Positions 19,157-29,459 of a DNA stretch of 64,000 bases are shown one piece after another; position 1 is the stretch's first letter; every line of letters starts with the position of its first letter. A program made the position numbers and the translations under genes. The notes beneath the pieces were generated by a model that saw nothing but the letters and a program-made list of their open reading frames with translations, was not told where the DNA came from and ran no database searches. This DNA comes from Candidatus Latescibacterota bacterium. GTDB lineage: Bacteria; Latescibacterota; UBA2968; GCA-2709665. The stretch covers positions 1 through 64,000 of the forward strand of contig CAXXJS010000011.1 in the NCBI GenBank assembly GCA_963662665.2, in the 5' to 3' direction.

Positions 19157-20832
19157 CGGGTCTTTTCTCCTATCGCAAACCAAATCTCGCCTGCCGTATG
19201 ATCGCGATTGCGCTTGCCATCGGGCTGATATCGGAACCCGTCATGCTCTTCGCGCAATCCGGACCGGGGCGGGAAGCCGGCCGGCGGAGATCGGACCGCA
19301 AGTCCATTGGCGCAACGCTGCAGCAGGACGACATGCAGGGTCTGGACGTGAAGTGGATCGGAAAAATCGCCTACGATGCCATCATTCGCTCCGAGCGTTA
19401 CATCGTCGGACCCGGCGATACGTTCAGCATCCATATCGAAGCCGGCGAAGAACCCATCACGCATCCGATCCTCGTGGGCGCGGAAGGCATACTGTTGATC
19501 CCCTATGTGGGCGCCATACAGCTTGCGGGACTCAGCCTCGGAGAGAGCCGGAAGCGGATTCGGGACGCCGTCAGCGACAACCTTCGAAGTCTCGACGTCC
19601 AGATCTCTCTCGCCCGGCTGCGCAGTTTTCCGGTCAACGTCGTCGGACAGGTGGTTCATCCCGGCACCTACATGGTCGAGGGAACCGAGCAGGTTTCCGA
19701 ACTCATCAGCCAGGCGGGCGGGTTACTGAAGCCTCCGGACGGCAGGGCTTCCCACCGGAATATTCAGATTCAGCGGCAATCCGAAAGCGGCGCCCCGATG
19801 GATGCCGTGCGCGGGGCGGACCTCGCCCTGTGGCGGCTCTCGGGCGATATCGCCCACAACCCCTTCCTGCTGGACGGAGATCAGATCTTTGTGCCGGCGC
19901 TCGTGGACTCGGTTAGGATTTCGGGCGCGGTCTATAGACCCGGCAGCTACGAATTCATGCCCGGCGATCGCGTTTCCGACCTGATTGCGCTTGCCGGCGG
20001 GTTGAACGGCGAGGCAACCACCGCGAGCGCCGAACTGCTCCGTATCTTTGTCGCGGAAGAACGAGAAGAGCGGCACGCGGTCCGGCTTCCGCTGGCACTG
20101 GATGGCGACGCGGATGCGGACCTGCCGTTGAGAGCCGGAGATAAGCTGCACGTGGCCGTAAAGGAGCGGCGGGTCACCGTCGAAGGCGAAGTCTACTTCC
20201 CGGGCTCCTATTTCATCGGCTCGGGGATGACGCTGAAGGAACTGATCCGGAAGGCGGGCGGATTTACGTCCCGGGCCTCTCTCGCCCAATCCATTGTGGT
20301 GCGCCGCGTCGAGTTTCCCACAGGGGTGGCCGGTCCGAAGCAACTGCAGAACGTTGGCCCCATCAGCCTTACCGACGCCCAGCGAACCTACATGGCCATG
20401 CAGAAACAGCAGATGTCGGGACGCCTGCCGGTGGACTTTGTCGCTCTCTTCGAGAAAAAGGACGATTCGCAGAACATCCTGCTCAGAGACGGTGATGTCG
20501 TCAGAATACCGAGGATCGTCCCCTCGGTTGCGGTCAACGGATACGTCATCACCCCGGGAGCTATTCCCTATGAACCGGATCTCGGCGTTCAGGACTACAT
20601 CAGCAGGGCCGGCGGTTTGAACGAACAGGCGGAAAAAGGTGAAATATACCTGATTCAGGGCAACACCGGAAACTGGACAAAAGCTTCCAAAGTTCAGCGC
20701 GTCAATCCTGGGGATACTATTTTTGTTATGGGGAAAAAACCCGTGCACGGCTGGCGGCTCTTTCGTGAGACGCTGGTTGTACTTTCACAGGTGGCCGCTC
20801 TTGTCATTGCGGTACGGAGCATCAGTCGTTAA
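19153..20832 (+). CDS. Polysaccharide export protein, Poly_export + multiple SLBB domains (Wza/KpsD-like)
   Basis: YIVGPGD, repeated V.V.G.V..PG.Y and AGG motifs; signal peptide; ATGA overlap with thrB. Confidence 0.85.
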   Translation: MTGLFSYRKPNLACRMIAIALAIGLISEPVMLFAQSGPGREAGRRRSDRKSIGATLQQDDMQGLDVKWIGKIAYDAIIRSERYIVGPGDTFSIHIEAGEEPITHPILVGAEGILLIPYVGAIQLAGLSLGESRKRIRDAVSDNLRSLDVQISLARLRSFPVNVVGQVVHPGTYMVEGTEQVSELISQAGGLLKPPDGRASHRNIQIQRQSESGAPMDAVRGADLALWRLSGDIAHNPFLLDGDQIFVPALVDSVRISGAVYRPGSYEFMPGDRVSDLIALAGGLNGEATTASAELLRIFVAEEREERHAVRLPLALDGDADADLPLRAGDKLHVAVKERRVTVEGEVYFPGSYFIGSGMTLKELIRKAGGFTSRASLAQSIVVRRVEFPTGVAGPKQLQNVGPISLTDAQRTYMAMQKQQMSGRLPVDFVALFEKKDDSQNILLRDGDVVRIPRIVPSVAVNGYVITPGAIPYEPDLGVQDYISRAGGLNEQAEKGEIYLIQGNTGNWTKASKVQRVNPGDTIFVMGKKPVHGWRLFRETLVVLSQVAALVIAVRSISR

Positions 20833-22031
20833 TGGAACCCGAAAAGAACTTCCTGGACCACCTGGCCGTCCTCGCCCGCTGGCGACGAATGATACTTGTC
20901 ACCTGCTTTACCGTATCGGTAGTGACCGCGGGCATCAGTCTGATCATCACCCCGGTCTATCGCGCAAGCGCCGTGTTGTTTCCGCCCAGCGAAAGCCAGG
21001 GATCGCTTGGCATCTCCGCTATACTTGAAAAGCTGCCGGTGGGCATGCTGGGCCTGGGGGAAAGCGGCGTTTCCGCCACCGAATTCGTGCCCATCCTCAA
21101 GAGCCAGCGGGTGGCCGAAGCCATCGTTCGCCGTTTCAATCTCCAGGAGGCATACCAGGCCGAGACTCGCGAGGAACTCCTGCAAATGGTCGACGACCGG
21201 CTGGAAGTGGAACTTTCCCGCGAACAATTCCTGACCGTGTCCTACGAAGCGGAAACCCCGGAAGGCGCCGCCGAAATCGCCAATGCCTTCGTCGAAGAAC
21301 TCGACCTCGCGCTCAGGCACCGGCGTGAACAACAGGCGCGCGACCTTCGCAGCTACCTGGAAAAACGCCTCGCGCAGGCCGAGGGGCAAATGATCGAAGC
21401 CGAACAGGCCTACAATGCGTTCCAGAAGGAACATTCGGCCATCGACGTCGAAAGCCAGACCAAGGCGCAGATCGATGCCTACTCTTCCCTCATCGCCTCA
21501 ACGCTGGGCGAAATGAAAATCCGACGGGAAATCGCCGCCCTCCAGATGAATCCGGACAACAGCAGAGTCAGGCAACTCGACGTCGAAATCAAGGGCGCGA
21601 AAGAGGCGCTGGACGACATCCTCGCAGGATCCGACCCGGACAGCAGCGGCCGCAGAGATCCCAATTTGCCCGGCATCATGCTTCCAATGGACCAGATCCC
21701 CGACCTTGGACTTCAGGCTCTGCGGTTGCTCCGCGACGTGGAAATCCGAAACCTCATCTATCAGTTTGTCCTTCAGGAATACGAAAAAAGCAGCTTCGAA
21801 GAAAAAAAGGAAACTTCCCTGGTCGTGGTTCTGGACCCTGCGGTACCGCCCGACTTCCGAAGCCGCCCCCGGCGCGCCCTGATGGTCGGTACCGCCGCCG
21901 GTCTGAGCCTGCTTATCAGCATCCTGGTTGCATTCCTCATGGACGCCCTGAAAAGCCCCGACCCAGGCAACCGCAACAGGCTGGACGCGATCCGCCGGGA
22001 GTTGAGATCCGGTAAAACCCTGCGGCAGTGA
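20832..22031 (+). CDS. Polysaccharide co-polymerase / chain-length determinant (Wzz/Wzc N-terminal type)
   Basis: N-terminal TM + PVYRASA, coiled coil, VVLDPAVPP..SRPRR + C-terminal TM; no kinase domain. Confidence 0.85.
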   Translation: MEPEKNFLDHLAVLARWRRMILVTCFTVSVVTAGISLIITPVYRASAVLFPPSESQGSLGISAILEKLPVGMLGLGESGVSATEFVPILKSQRVAEAIVRRFNLQEAYQAETREELLQMVDDRLEVELSREQFLTVSYEAETPEGAAEIANAFVEELDLALRHRREQQARDLRSYLEKRLAQAEGQMIEAEQAYNAFQKEHSAIDVESQTKAQIDAYSSLIASTLGEMKIRREIAALQMNPDNSRVRQLDVEIKGAKEALDDILAGSDPDSSGRRDPNLPGIMLPMDQIPDLGLQALRLLRDVEIRNLIYQFVLQEYEKSSFEEKKETSLVVVLDPAVPPDFRSRPRRALMVGTAAGLSLLISILVAFLMDALKSPDPGNRNRLDAIRRELRSGKTLRQ

Positions 22032-22074
22032 ACCCGATCGCAAAGAGCCGGGATTCCCCACGAAGACCTCACCC

Positions 22075-23076
22075 ATGCCCCACCGCATTCTCACCACCGT
22101 CGTTGGAAGCTATCCCGTACCGGACTGGCTGCGAACTTCTCCATCCCGACAGACGTTGATCGATGCCATACGGGTCGTGTTCAAGACCCAGGAGGACGCG
22201 GGTATCGACGTCGTCGCCGACGGCGAACTCTGCCGGTTCGATTACAATCATCCTGAAACCAACGGCATGATCGACTATTTCGCGCGAAGACTGGGCGGTA
22301 TCACGACCCGATTCGGGCGTGAGACCCTGAATGCGTTTCGCGCGGATGCCGGCCTTTCCTATCGTGCAGAGCCGGCGGGTATTATCGAACGCGAACTGGA
22401 CGAAGGCGCGCTCAATCTCCCGGCGGACTTCCGTATGGTCCGGCCCCTGACCGGGTCGAAGCTCAAATTCACCCTCACCGGACCGCACATGCTCAGCAAA
22501 GTCCTTCTGGATCGCCACTATGGAGAACCGGAGGCCGTGGCCTTGGCCCTCGGGGAACTCCTCGCCAGGCAGGTTACAGACGTCGGCGCGGACGTGATCC
22601 AGATTGACGAAGCCAATATCCCGGGCCATCCGGGAGAGGCCGCGTGGGCCGCCCGGGCGGCAAACACCGTACTCGATGCCATTCAGTGCGAAAAGGCCGT
22701 GCACGTCTGCTTCGGGAACTACGGCGGCCAGACCGTTCAACGAGGCACGTGGCAGGACCTGGTCCCGTTTCTCACGGCACTGCGGGCGGACCACCTGGTT
22801 CTGGAATTCAAGCGCTGGGGCATCGAACACGCCGCATGCCTGAAAGATCTGCCCGAATCCGTCCGAATAGGCATCGGCGTAATAGACATCAAAAACAACA
22901 TCGTGGAGACACCGGACGAAATCGCCTCGGACATCGAAAGCGCGGCGCGCCGCCTCGGGGCAGATCGTATCGCCTGCGTCCATCCGGACTGCGGTTTCTG
23001 GATGCTCCAGCGAAGCGTTGCCGACCGCAAGATCGAGGCTCTCGTGAAGGGCCGGGACCTCTTCGAGGGGCGTTGA
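22075..23076 (+). CDS. Cobalamin-independent methionine synthase II family, single catalytic barrel (core MetE-like)
   Basis: TTVVGSYPVP, DGE, QIDE, Zn ligands HVC...E...HPDCG; 333 aa, no folate-binding N-half. Confidence 0.85.
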   Translation: MPHRILTTVVGSYPVPDWLRTSPSRQTLIDAIRVVFKTQEDAGIDVVADGELCRFDYNHPETNGMIDYFARRLGGITTRFGRETLNAFRADAGLSYRAEPAGIIERELDEGALNLPADFRMVRPLTGSKLKFTLTGPHMLSKVLLDRHYGEPEAVALALGELLARQVTDVGADVIQIDEANIPGHPGEAAWAARAANTVLDAIQCEKAVHVCFGNYGGQTVQRGTWQDLVPFLTALRADHLVLEFKRWGIEHAACLKDLPESVRIGIGVIDIKNNIVETPDEIASDIESAARRLGADRIACVHPDCGFWMLQRSVADRKIEALVKGRDLFEGR

Positions 23077-23127
23077 ACCAGCCGGCTATTGCGCTGAACC
23101 CAACACACTGTCGCCCGAATCCAGTCT

Positions 23128-26100
23128 ATGCGCATCATGCGAAAAAATCGCGGAACGCTGTTCATCCTTGGCGTCTTGCTCGCGCTGACCGGCGCGTCAT
23201 TCGCCCAGAGTCGTGGCACGCTGTTCACCATTGCCGGCGGCGGCGACCGGGAAGGCGAGAATATTCCCGCAACCGATCTGGCCCTCAGTATCCCCCTGGG
23301 CGCCGCCACCGACGCCGATGGCCACGTCTACATTGCCGATACCGGCACCCACCGCATCCGCAGGGTGGACGCGGTCACCGGGCAGGTCACGACCATAGCC
23401 GGTACCGGCGAAGCCGGATTTACAGGAGACGGCGGACCCGCCACCGAAGCCCTGCTGGACAGACCCCAGGGCGTTGCGGTAGACCAGGCCGGCAACGTGT
23501 ACATTGGCGATACGGGCAACCGGCGCATCCGGCGCATCAACGCCGCTTCGGGAATCATTACCACCGTCACGGGCAACGGCGAGTTCGGTTTCGACGGCGA
23601 CGGAGGTCCTGCCGCCTCCGCCGTAGTCGGTGAAGTCGTCGCCCTGGCTATGGGCCCCCGCGGTGGACTCTACATCGCCGACGGGCTGGACGGACAGGCC
23701 CGGGGCAACAACCGGGTACGCAGGATCGACCTCGACGGCGGCGTGATCACGACCCTCGCGGGCGACGGCGATTTCTCATTCGGCGGCGACGACGGCCCGG
23801 CAGTTGAAGCAGGACTGACGGTAGAAGACGTTGTAGTGGACGCGTCGGGAAACATCTTCATTGCGGACTTCAACAATTATCGCATCAGGCGTATCGACGG
23901 AGAGACAGGCATCATCAGCACAGTGGCCGGACGCGGTCCCGTTTTCGGAGGTGGCGGCGCATTCTCGGGCGACGGCGGACCCGCCACCGAAGCGGGGCTC
24001 GATTTGCCAGGCGGCGTGGCCGTCGGCTCGGACGGAACCCTTTATATATCGGATACCGGCAACAACCGCGTACGCGCCGTGGACCCCGGCACAGGGAATA
24101 TCTTCACCCTGGCGGGCACAGGCAATTTCGGATCCGCCGGTGACGGGGGGCCCGCACCGCTGGCCGAACTCCGCGAGCCCTCTCGCGTGGTCCTGGACCC
24201 TGACGGAAATCTGATCGTCGTGGATACGGGTAACAGCCGCATCCGCAAACTCCTCGACCCCGCCTTCCAGTCCCCCGTTCTCCTTCTGACCGCCACCCGA
24301 GTCGACTTCGGCGCGGTCGTCGTGGAAGACCAGGAGACGCGCACCCTTGCCATCGGCAACGTGGGGAGGCGCACCCTCACGCTGTCCGGCGCTTCGGCCG
24401 ACCGGGACGCGTTCGTCGTGCTGGACGCATTTCCGATCGAAATCGATCCGGCCGGTGAGGCTGAAATCCGCGTACAGTTCAACCCGAGGGACGAAGGCGT
24501 CGTGCAGGGAACGCTAACCATCATTACCGACGATCCATGGCGTCCCGAACTCACTGTCCCGCTCTCGGGAACAGGCGCGGCGCCAGACATCGGTGTCTTC
24601 CCGGAAAGCATCGAATTCGATCGTACGTTTGTGGGCCGCGAGCAGTCAGTCGTCCTGCGGGTTGCCAACCTGGGCGCAGGCGTACTGACAGTCTTCCGGG
24701 CCGAACTGACGGACCCGGGACAATTCTCCGTCAGCCTGGACGACACCCTGCGCATTCCGTCGAGCCAGAGACAAAGCCTTGACGTCTTATTCCGTCCTGC
24801 CAACACAGGGACGCAGCGGGCGGAACTGACGCTGTTCAGCAACGATCCGAACGAACCGGAGCTGGTTATACCCCTCCGGGGCTTCGGCAGGGAATCCAGG
24901 CCGGGCGGTTTCCTGGACGTCGCGGGCGACCTTGGCATGGCCGATGAGGGCGCCGGTTTCGGCGCCGCCTGGGCGGATTACGACAGCGACGGCGACCCCG
25001 ACCTCTACGTGGTGCGCAGCCTGCAGTCCAACCGGCTCTACCGGAACGACGGCGACGGCTTTACGGAGGTGGCCGCCGTGGTCGGCGTGGCGGACGACGG
25101 CGACGGCAGCGCGGCCGCCTGGGCGGACGTCGACGGCGACGGAGACCTGGACCTGTACGTAACGAACTTCGAACAGCCCAACCGGCTCTACCGCAACGAC
25201 GGCATCCGATTCACGGAAATCGCCGCACAGGTCGGCGTGGACGACGGCGGAGACGGGTACGGCGCGGCCTGGGCGGACGTGGAAGGAGACGGAGACCCTG
25301 ATCTTTACGTGGCCAACTTCGGTGAAAACCGGTTCTATCGGAATGAAGGGGGCCGCTTTGTCGAAGCCGCCGCGGAGGTCGGTCTGGACGACGACAACAG
25401 CAGCCTGCAGCCGGCGTGGGCGGACTACGACGGCGATGGGGACCCGGACCTCTTTCTCGCAAACAGCGGGCCGAATCGACTCTTCAGGAACGAGGGCGGG
25501 AGCTTTACGGATGCATCGTCGGACGCGGGTCTGGAGGAACTCGGCCTGGGCGGTCCGAGTTTCGGCGCAGGCTGGGGCGATTTCGATAACGACAGGGACC
25601 TGGATCTGTACGTGACTTACTTCGGCGAAGGCAACCGCCTCTATGTCAATACCGACGGCCGGTTCCAGGAGTCAAGCAGCAGTTTCAATGTTGCGGGACC
25701 GGACACCGTGGACAGCAGGGGCGCCGTCTGGGGCGATTTCGACAGTGACGGAGATCTGGACCTCTACGTTTCCAATGCCGGCGTGAAAAACAATCTCTAC
25801 CGAAACGAAGGCGGGACATTCACGGACATGGCTGACTCCTTCCGGGTGGCAGGCGGCGCCAACAGCCGTGGCGTGGCCCTGGCGGACTTCAACGGCGACG
25901 GCGGACTGGACGTCTTCGTGGTCGTGCAGGACGGCGCCGACCATCTCTACCGGAACCGGGAATTCAATGGGAACTGGCTCGTCATTCGCCCTCGCGCCAC
26001 GAGCAGCAGTCCGGATGCCATCGGCACACGTTTCGAAATCGCCTTCGATGGCACAGCCGCGACCCGGGAGATTACGGGCGGCGCGTCCTATCTTTCCCAG

Positions 26101-27852
26101 GACGCCCTGACCGCTGTCTTCGGTCTGGGCGACGCCGACCGGGTCGATACCCTGACCGTGCGATGGCCGTCGGGCATCACACAGCGACTCAGGAACATCG
26201 CTGCAAACACCGTTATTGAAGTCACCGAAACTGCCCCGCCGCCGCCCGAACGCGTCGTGCTGGATGCCATAGCGCCGGCGCTGGCCGCCAACGGCGAGGC
26301 GCAGACGAGAATCCGCGCCCGAATCCTGGATGCCAGGGGCGAAGTCGCGCTCGTCAGCAACCGCCGCCTGATCTTCCAGGTCTCCTCCGGCGATGGCGCT
26401 TTCTCAGGTAGCGATACGGCGGTGGTGCGGGACGGACTGGCATCCATTCTCTTCCAGGCGGGTACAACACCGGGCGACGTATCAGCAACCGCCCGGTTTC
26501 AGGGACTCCCGTCGGGACAGATTACGATCAGCCTGCTCCCGCCCATAGGTCCCGATCACGCCGCGGTCAGGACCGTGGCGGGTGTCGGCGGGGTCGAAGG
26601 GGATTTCGGCGGTGACGGCAGCCCCGCCACCGAAGCGTTCTTGAACGCCCCTAGAGGCGTGGCGGTGGACACTTCGGGTGCATTCTACATTGCCGATTCA
26701 GGAAACAACCGGATCCGGAGAGTGGGTACAGATGGCGCCATCCGCACCATCGCCGGGAATGGAATCGGCTTTTCAACCGGCACAGGAGGTCCGGCTGCTG
26801 ACGCCAGCCTCGGTGATCCCCGGGGCCTTGCGTTGATACCCGGCGGCGATCTCATCATATGCGAACAGAGCGGTCATATCGTTCGCCGGTTCGAACGGTC
26901 CACTGGAAACATACTCGCCTTCGCAGGCAGAGACATTCCCGGATACGGCGGCGACGGGCGGGCGGCGGTGGATGCGAATCTGTCCGGCCCCGCGGGCGTT
27001 ACGGCGGACCCGATCGGCAACGTCTGGATTGCGGAACGCTTCAACCACCGGGTACGAAGAGTGGACACCGGTGGCGTTATCGAATCCGTCGCTGGGAGCT
27101 TTCTGGAGGGTTTCGCGGGTGATGGAGGCCGGGCCGAACTGGCCGTACTGAACAGACCCAGGGGAGTATCCGTAGACGCCCTGGGTCGGGTGTACATTGC
27201 CGATTCCGGAAACCATCGCATCCGAATGGTAGATACCGACGGCACTATTTCTACGGTGGCCGGAACCGGACAGGCCGGCTTCTCACGAGACGGCGGGCCC
27301 GCCACGAGAACAATGCTGAACAGTCCAGAGGACGTCGCGGCGGACGACAATGGCTATCTCTACGTCGCAGACACCGGCAACAATCGGATACGTGTTGTGG
27401 ACCTGCGCCTGGGCATCATACAGACCGTGGCCGGTACCGGATTTCCGGGATTCAACCAGGCCGAAGGGCCCGGTACCGAGACGACGCTGAATTCACCGTC
27501 GGGCCTCGCCACCGATCCGGATGGCAGGGTCTACATTGCCGACACGAACAACAACAGCATCCTTCAGCTCACCGTAGACTTCCCCCCGGAATACCACCGC
27601 GAGCCCCCCCCGGTCCCGCCACCACCGCCGCCTCCGCCGCCTCCACCTTCGGATGGCGCGGCCGACTTCAACGGCGACGGCGCTGTTGATTTTGCAGACT
27701 TCGTCCTCTTCGCACGGGCGTACGGTTCCAGCGATATGCGCTTTGACCTGGACGGCAACGGTACGGTCGGATTCGGAGATTTCATCGCCTTCGTCACTGC
27801 CTTCGAACAGACTCCGCCTTCGGCGCGATTCCGGCCGGAAAGCCGTTTCTGA
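23128..27852 (+). CDS. Large secreted mosaic protein: NHL repeats, two Ig-like (choice-of-anchor D/HYDIN-type) domains, FG-GAP/CRTAC1 repeats, ASPIC/UnbV, Ig-like, NHL repeats, poly-Pro linker, dockerin-like EF-hand pair
   Basis: Signal peptide; repeated GDGGPA..A.L..P.GVAVD..G..YIADTGN.RIR; repeated WADYD.DGD.DLYV.N...NRLYRN; FGLG....VRWPSG; C-terminal DFNGDGAVDFADF...DLDGNGTVGFGDF. Confidence 0.88.
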   Translation: MRIMRKNRGTLFILGVLLALTGASFAQSRGTLFTIAGGGDREGENIPATDLALSIPLGAATDADGHVYIADTGTHRIRRVDAVTGQVTTIAGTGEAGFTGDGGPATEALLDRPQGVAVDQAGNVYIGDTGNRRIRRINAASGIITTVTGNGEFGFDGDGGPAASAVVGEVVALAMGPRGGLYIADGLDGQARGNNRVRRIDLDGGVITTLAGDGDFSFGGDDGPAVEAGLTVEDVVVDASGNIFIADFNNYRIRRIDGETGIISTVAGRGPVFGGGGAFSGDGGPATEAGLDLPGGVAVGSDGTLYISDTGNNRVRAVDPGTGNIFTLAGTGNFGSAGDGGPAPLAELREPSRVVLDPDGNLIVVDTGNSRIRKLLDPAFQSPVLLLTATRVDFGAVVVEDQETRTLAIGNVGRRTLTLSGASADRDAFVVLDAFPIEIDPAGEAEIRVQFNPRDEGVVQGTLTIITDDPWRPELTVPLSGTGAAPDIGVFPESIEFDRTFVGREQSVVLRVANLGAGVLTVFRAELTDPGQFSVSLDDTLRIPSSQRQSLDVLFRPANTGTQRAELTLFSNDPNEPELVIPLRGFGRESRPGGFLDVAGDLGMADEGAGFGAAWADYDSDGDPDLYVVRSLQSNRLYRNDGDGFTEVAAVVGVADDGDGSAAAWADVDGDGDLDLYVTNFEQPNRLYRNDGIRFTEIAAQVGVDDGGDGYGAAWADVEGDGDPDLYVANFGENRFYRNEGGRFVEAAAEVGLDDDNSSLQPAWADYDGDGDPDLFLANSGPNRLFRNEGGSFTDASSDAGLEELGLGGPSFGAGWGDFDNDRDLDLYVTYFGEGNRLYVNTDGRFQESSSSFNVAGPDTVDSRGAVWGDFDSDGDLDLYVSNAGVKNNLYRNEGGTFTDMADSFRVAGGANSRGVALADFNGDGGLDVFVVVQDGADHLYRNREFNGNWLVIRPRATSSSPDAIGTRFEIAFDGTAATREITGGASYLSQDALTAVFGLGDADRVDTLTVRWPSGITQRLRNIAANTVIEVTETAPPPPERVVLDAIAPALAANGEAQTRIRARILDARGEVALVSNRRLIFQVSSGDGAFSGSDTAVVRDGLASILFQAGTTPGDVSATARFQGLPSGQITISLLPPIGPDHAAVRTVAGVGGVEGDFGGDGSPATEAFLNAPRGVAVDTSGAFYIADSGNNRIRRVGTDGAIRTIAGNGIGFSTGTGGPAADASLGDPRGLALIPGGDLIICEQSGHIVRRFERSTGNILAFAGRDIPGYGGDGRAAVDANLSGPAGVTADPIGNVWIAERFNHRVRRVDTGGVIESVAGSFLEGFAGDGGRAELAVLNRPRGVSVDALGRVYIADSGNHRIRMVDTDGTISTVAGTGQAGFSRDGGPATRTMLNSPEDVAADDNGYLYVADTGNNRIRVVDLRLGIIQTVAGTGFPGFNQAEGPGTETTLNSPSGLATDPDGRVYIADTNNNSILQLTVDFPPEYHREPPPVPPPPPPPPPPPSDGAADFNGDGAVDFADFVLFARAYGSSDMRFDLDGNGTVGFGDFIAFVTAFEQTPPSARFRPESRF

Positions 27853-27854
27853 CG

Positions 27855-28490
27855 ATGCAACGGGCGCCCATCCTGACGGCCGACGGTCCGGGAATTGTCC
27901 GGACTGCCGATCGCATCCGATCCGGCGGCGTTGTCGTCTATCCCACCGAAACCGTCTACGGCCTGGGCGCGGATCCATTCAACCCAATTGCTTTCGAACG
28001 CATATTCAGCCTCAAGGGCCGGGAAGCGGAAAAGGGCCTGATTCTGCTCATCCGCGGCGGGCAGGACCTGGACGCGCTTGTTGCCGACGTTTCACGGGCC
28101 GCTGAAATCCTGATGGACGCATTCTGGCCCGGACCGCTCACCCTCGTGTTTCCCGCATCGCCCAAACTGCCGAATCACCTGCTCGGGTCCACGTCCACAG
28201 TAGCGCTCCGTGTGTCCGATGCGCCCGTGGCCAGCTCATTGCTGCACCATGTCGGCGGCCCCGTAACCAGCACCAGCGCCAACCTTTCGGGCCAACCCCC
28301 CGCCCGAAGCGCACGGGAGGCTGCCGACGTCCTTGGCGAGCGCCTGGATCTGATCCTGGACGGCGGCACGGCGCGTGATCTGCGTCCCTCCACCCTCGTC
28401 GACGTCTCGGGCGGGAGCCCGAAAATCCTTCGACCCGGCCGAATCCCGGATACGGAAATCGACGGGGTTCTGAATTCGGAGAGAGTCTGA
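27855..28490 (+). CDS. tsaC: L-threonylcarbamoyladenylate synthase (TsaC/Sua5/YrdC)
   Basis: YPTETVYGLGAD, KGR, FWPGPLTL, STSANLSG, STLVD, LRPG. Confidence 0.95.
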   Translation: MQRAPILTADGPGIVRTADRIRSGGVVVYPTETVYGLGADPFNPIAFERIFSLKGREAEKGLILLIRGGQDLDALVADVSRAAEILMDAFWPGPLTLVFPASPKLPNHLLGSTSTVALRVSDAPVASSLLHHVGGPVTSTSANLSGQPPARSAREAADVLGERLDLILDGGTARDLRPSTLVDVSGGSPKILRPGRIPDTEIDGVLNSERV

Positions 28491-28494
28491 CCCT

Positions 28495-28860
28495 GAGAAA
28501 GCCGGTTTGAGTGTGGGGAGGACATTCCTGTCTGCCCACGTCGATGCCGACGATGGATCCGCGCACAGGTTCGTTTACAAAGACCATATCCGACACGTAC
28601 AATCCTGAAGACGGGAGATTCTTCGCTGCGCTCAGAATGACATGTATTGCAATTACCATTGGCGATATGTGGCTGTCAGGCTTCGGCACAAACTGTCATC
28701 CTGAGAAAGGCGGTGTGAAGGTGGGGCGGACATTCCTGTCTGCCCACGTCGCACCGCATATACGGACATGTCGTCGCGGACGGATTTGAAACCCGCCCCT
28801 ACGGATGGTCTGTCGAGCCGGTCCCCTGAGCCTGTGGTCCCTGAGCTTGTCGAAGGGCCG
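28495..28860. repeat. Composite REP cluster (families A, B, C)
   Basis: REP-A at 28513 and 28721, GAAGACGGGAGATTCTTCGCTGCGCTCAGAATGACA at 28607, TGTCATCCTGAG at 28694, REP-B at 28778, CCCTGAGCTTGTCGAAGGG near 28840. Confidence 0.8.
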
Positions 28861-29035
28861 GCGACGGCTGATGCGGTGGGGGGAGTCGTCGTCGCTGTTC
28901 GTACCGTCTGCCCTTGACAGAATGTGCGGGCCGTTACCACGCAGCCTGCTCCGCACTTTTCCGCTTGCCAAAATCATGGTTCAAGGGCATGCTTGTATGG
29001 GATAACAATGCTGATTGTGGCATGAGAGGAAGAAT

Positions 29036-29236
29036 ATGAAACTAAACGTAGACAAGGAAGCCGACGCCCTGTACCTGCGCCTCGACAATTCTCCCATAGT
29101 CGAGTCCGAGGAGGTTTCCCCGGGAGTTGTGCTCGACTACAACGCGTCCAACGAAGTGGTTGGCATGGAAATGCTCCAACTGTCGAAACGCTCATCCACA
29201 CTGAATCTCTCTACGTTGCAGTTCGAGTCGATCTGA
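29036..29236 (+). CDS. DUF2283 family small protein (putative antitoxin)
   Basis: MKLNVDKEADALYLRL...SEEVSPGVVLDYNASNEVVGMEML; RBS GAGGA. Confidence 0.85.
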   Translation: MKLNVDKEADALYLRLDNSPIVESEEVSPGVVLDYNASNEVVGMEMLQLSKRSSTLNLSTLQFESI

Positions 29237-29459
29237 TCGCATCAGCGTGTCACAGGAATTGCTCGGGCGTTTCCCATGCCCTCAACGTCGGTCGAGCGAT
29301 TTCACGCTTTCGGCCGTCGGTAAACCCCTGAAAGTTTCCCCCTCCGCAATCCTGCCTCCCTGACGTACCGTTACCGGTCTGGTCGTGTCACGGGGACCCC
29401 GACATCCCGTCCTGTTAGAAGCGTCCCTACTTCTGCGGGACCCGGCAGATCAAGTAGCC

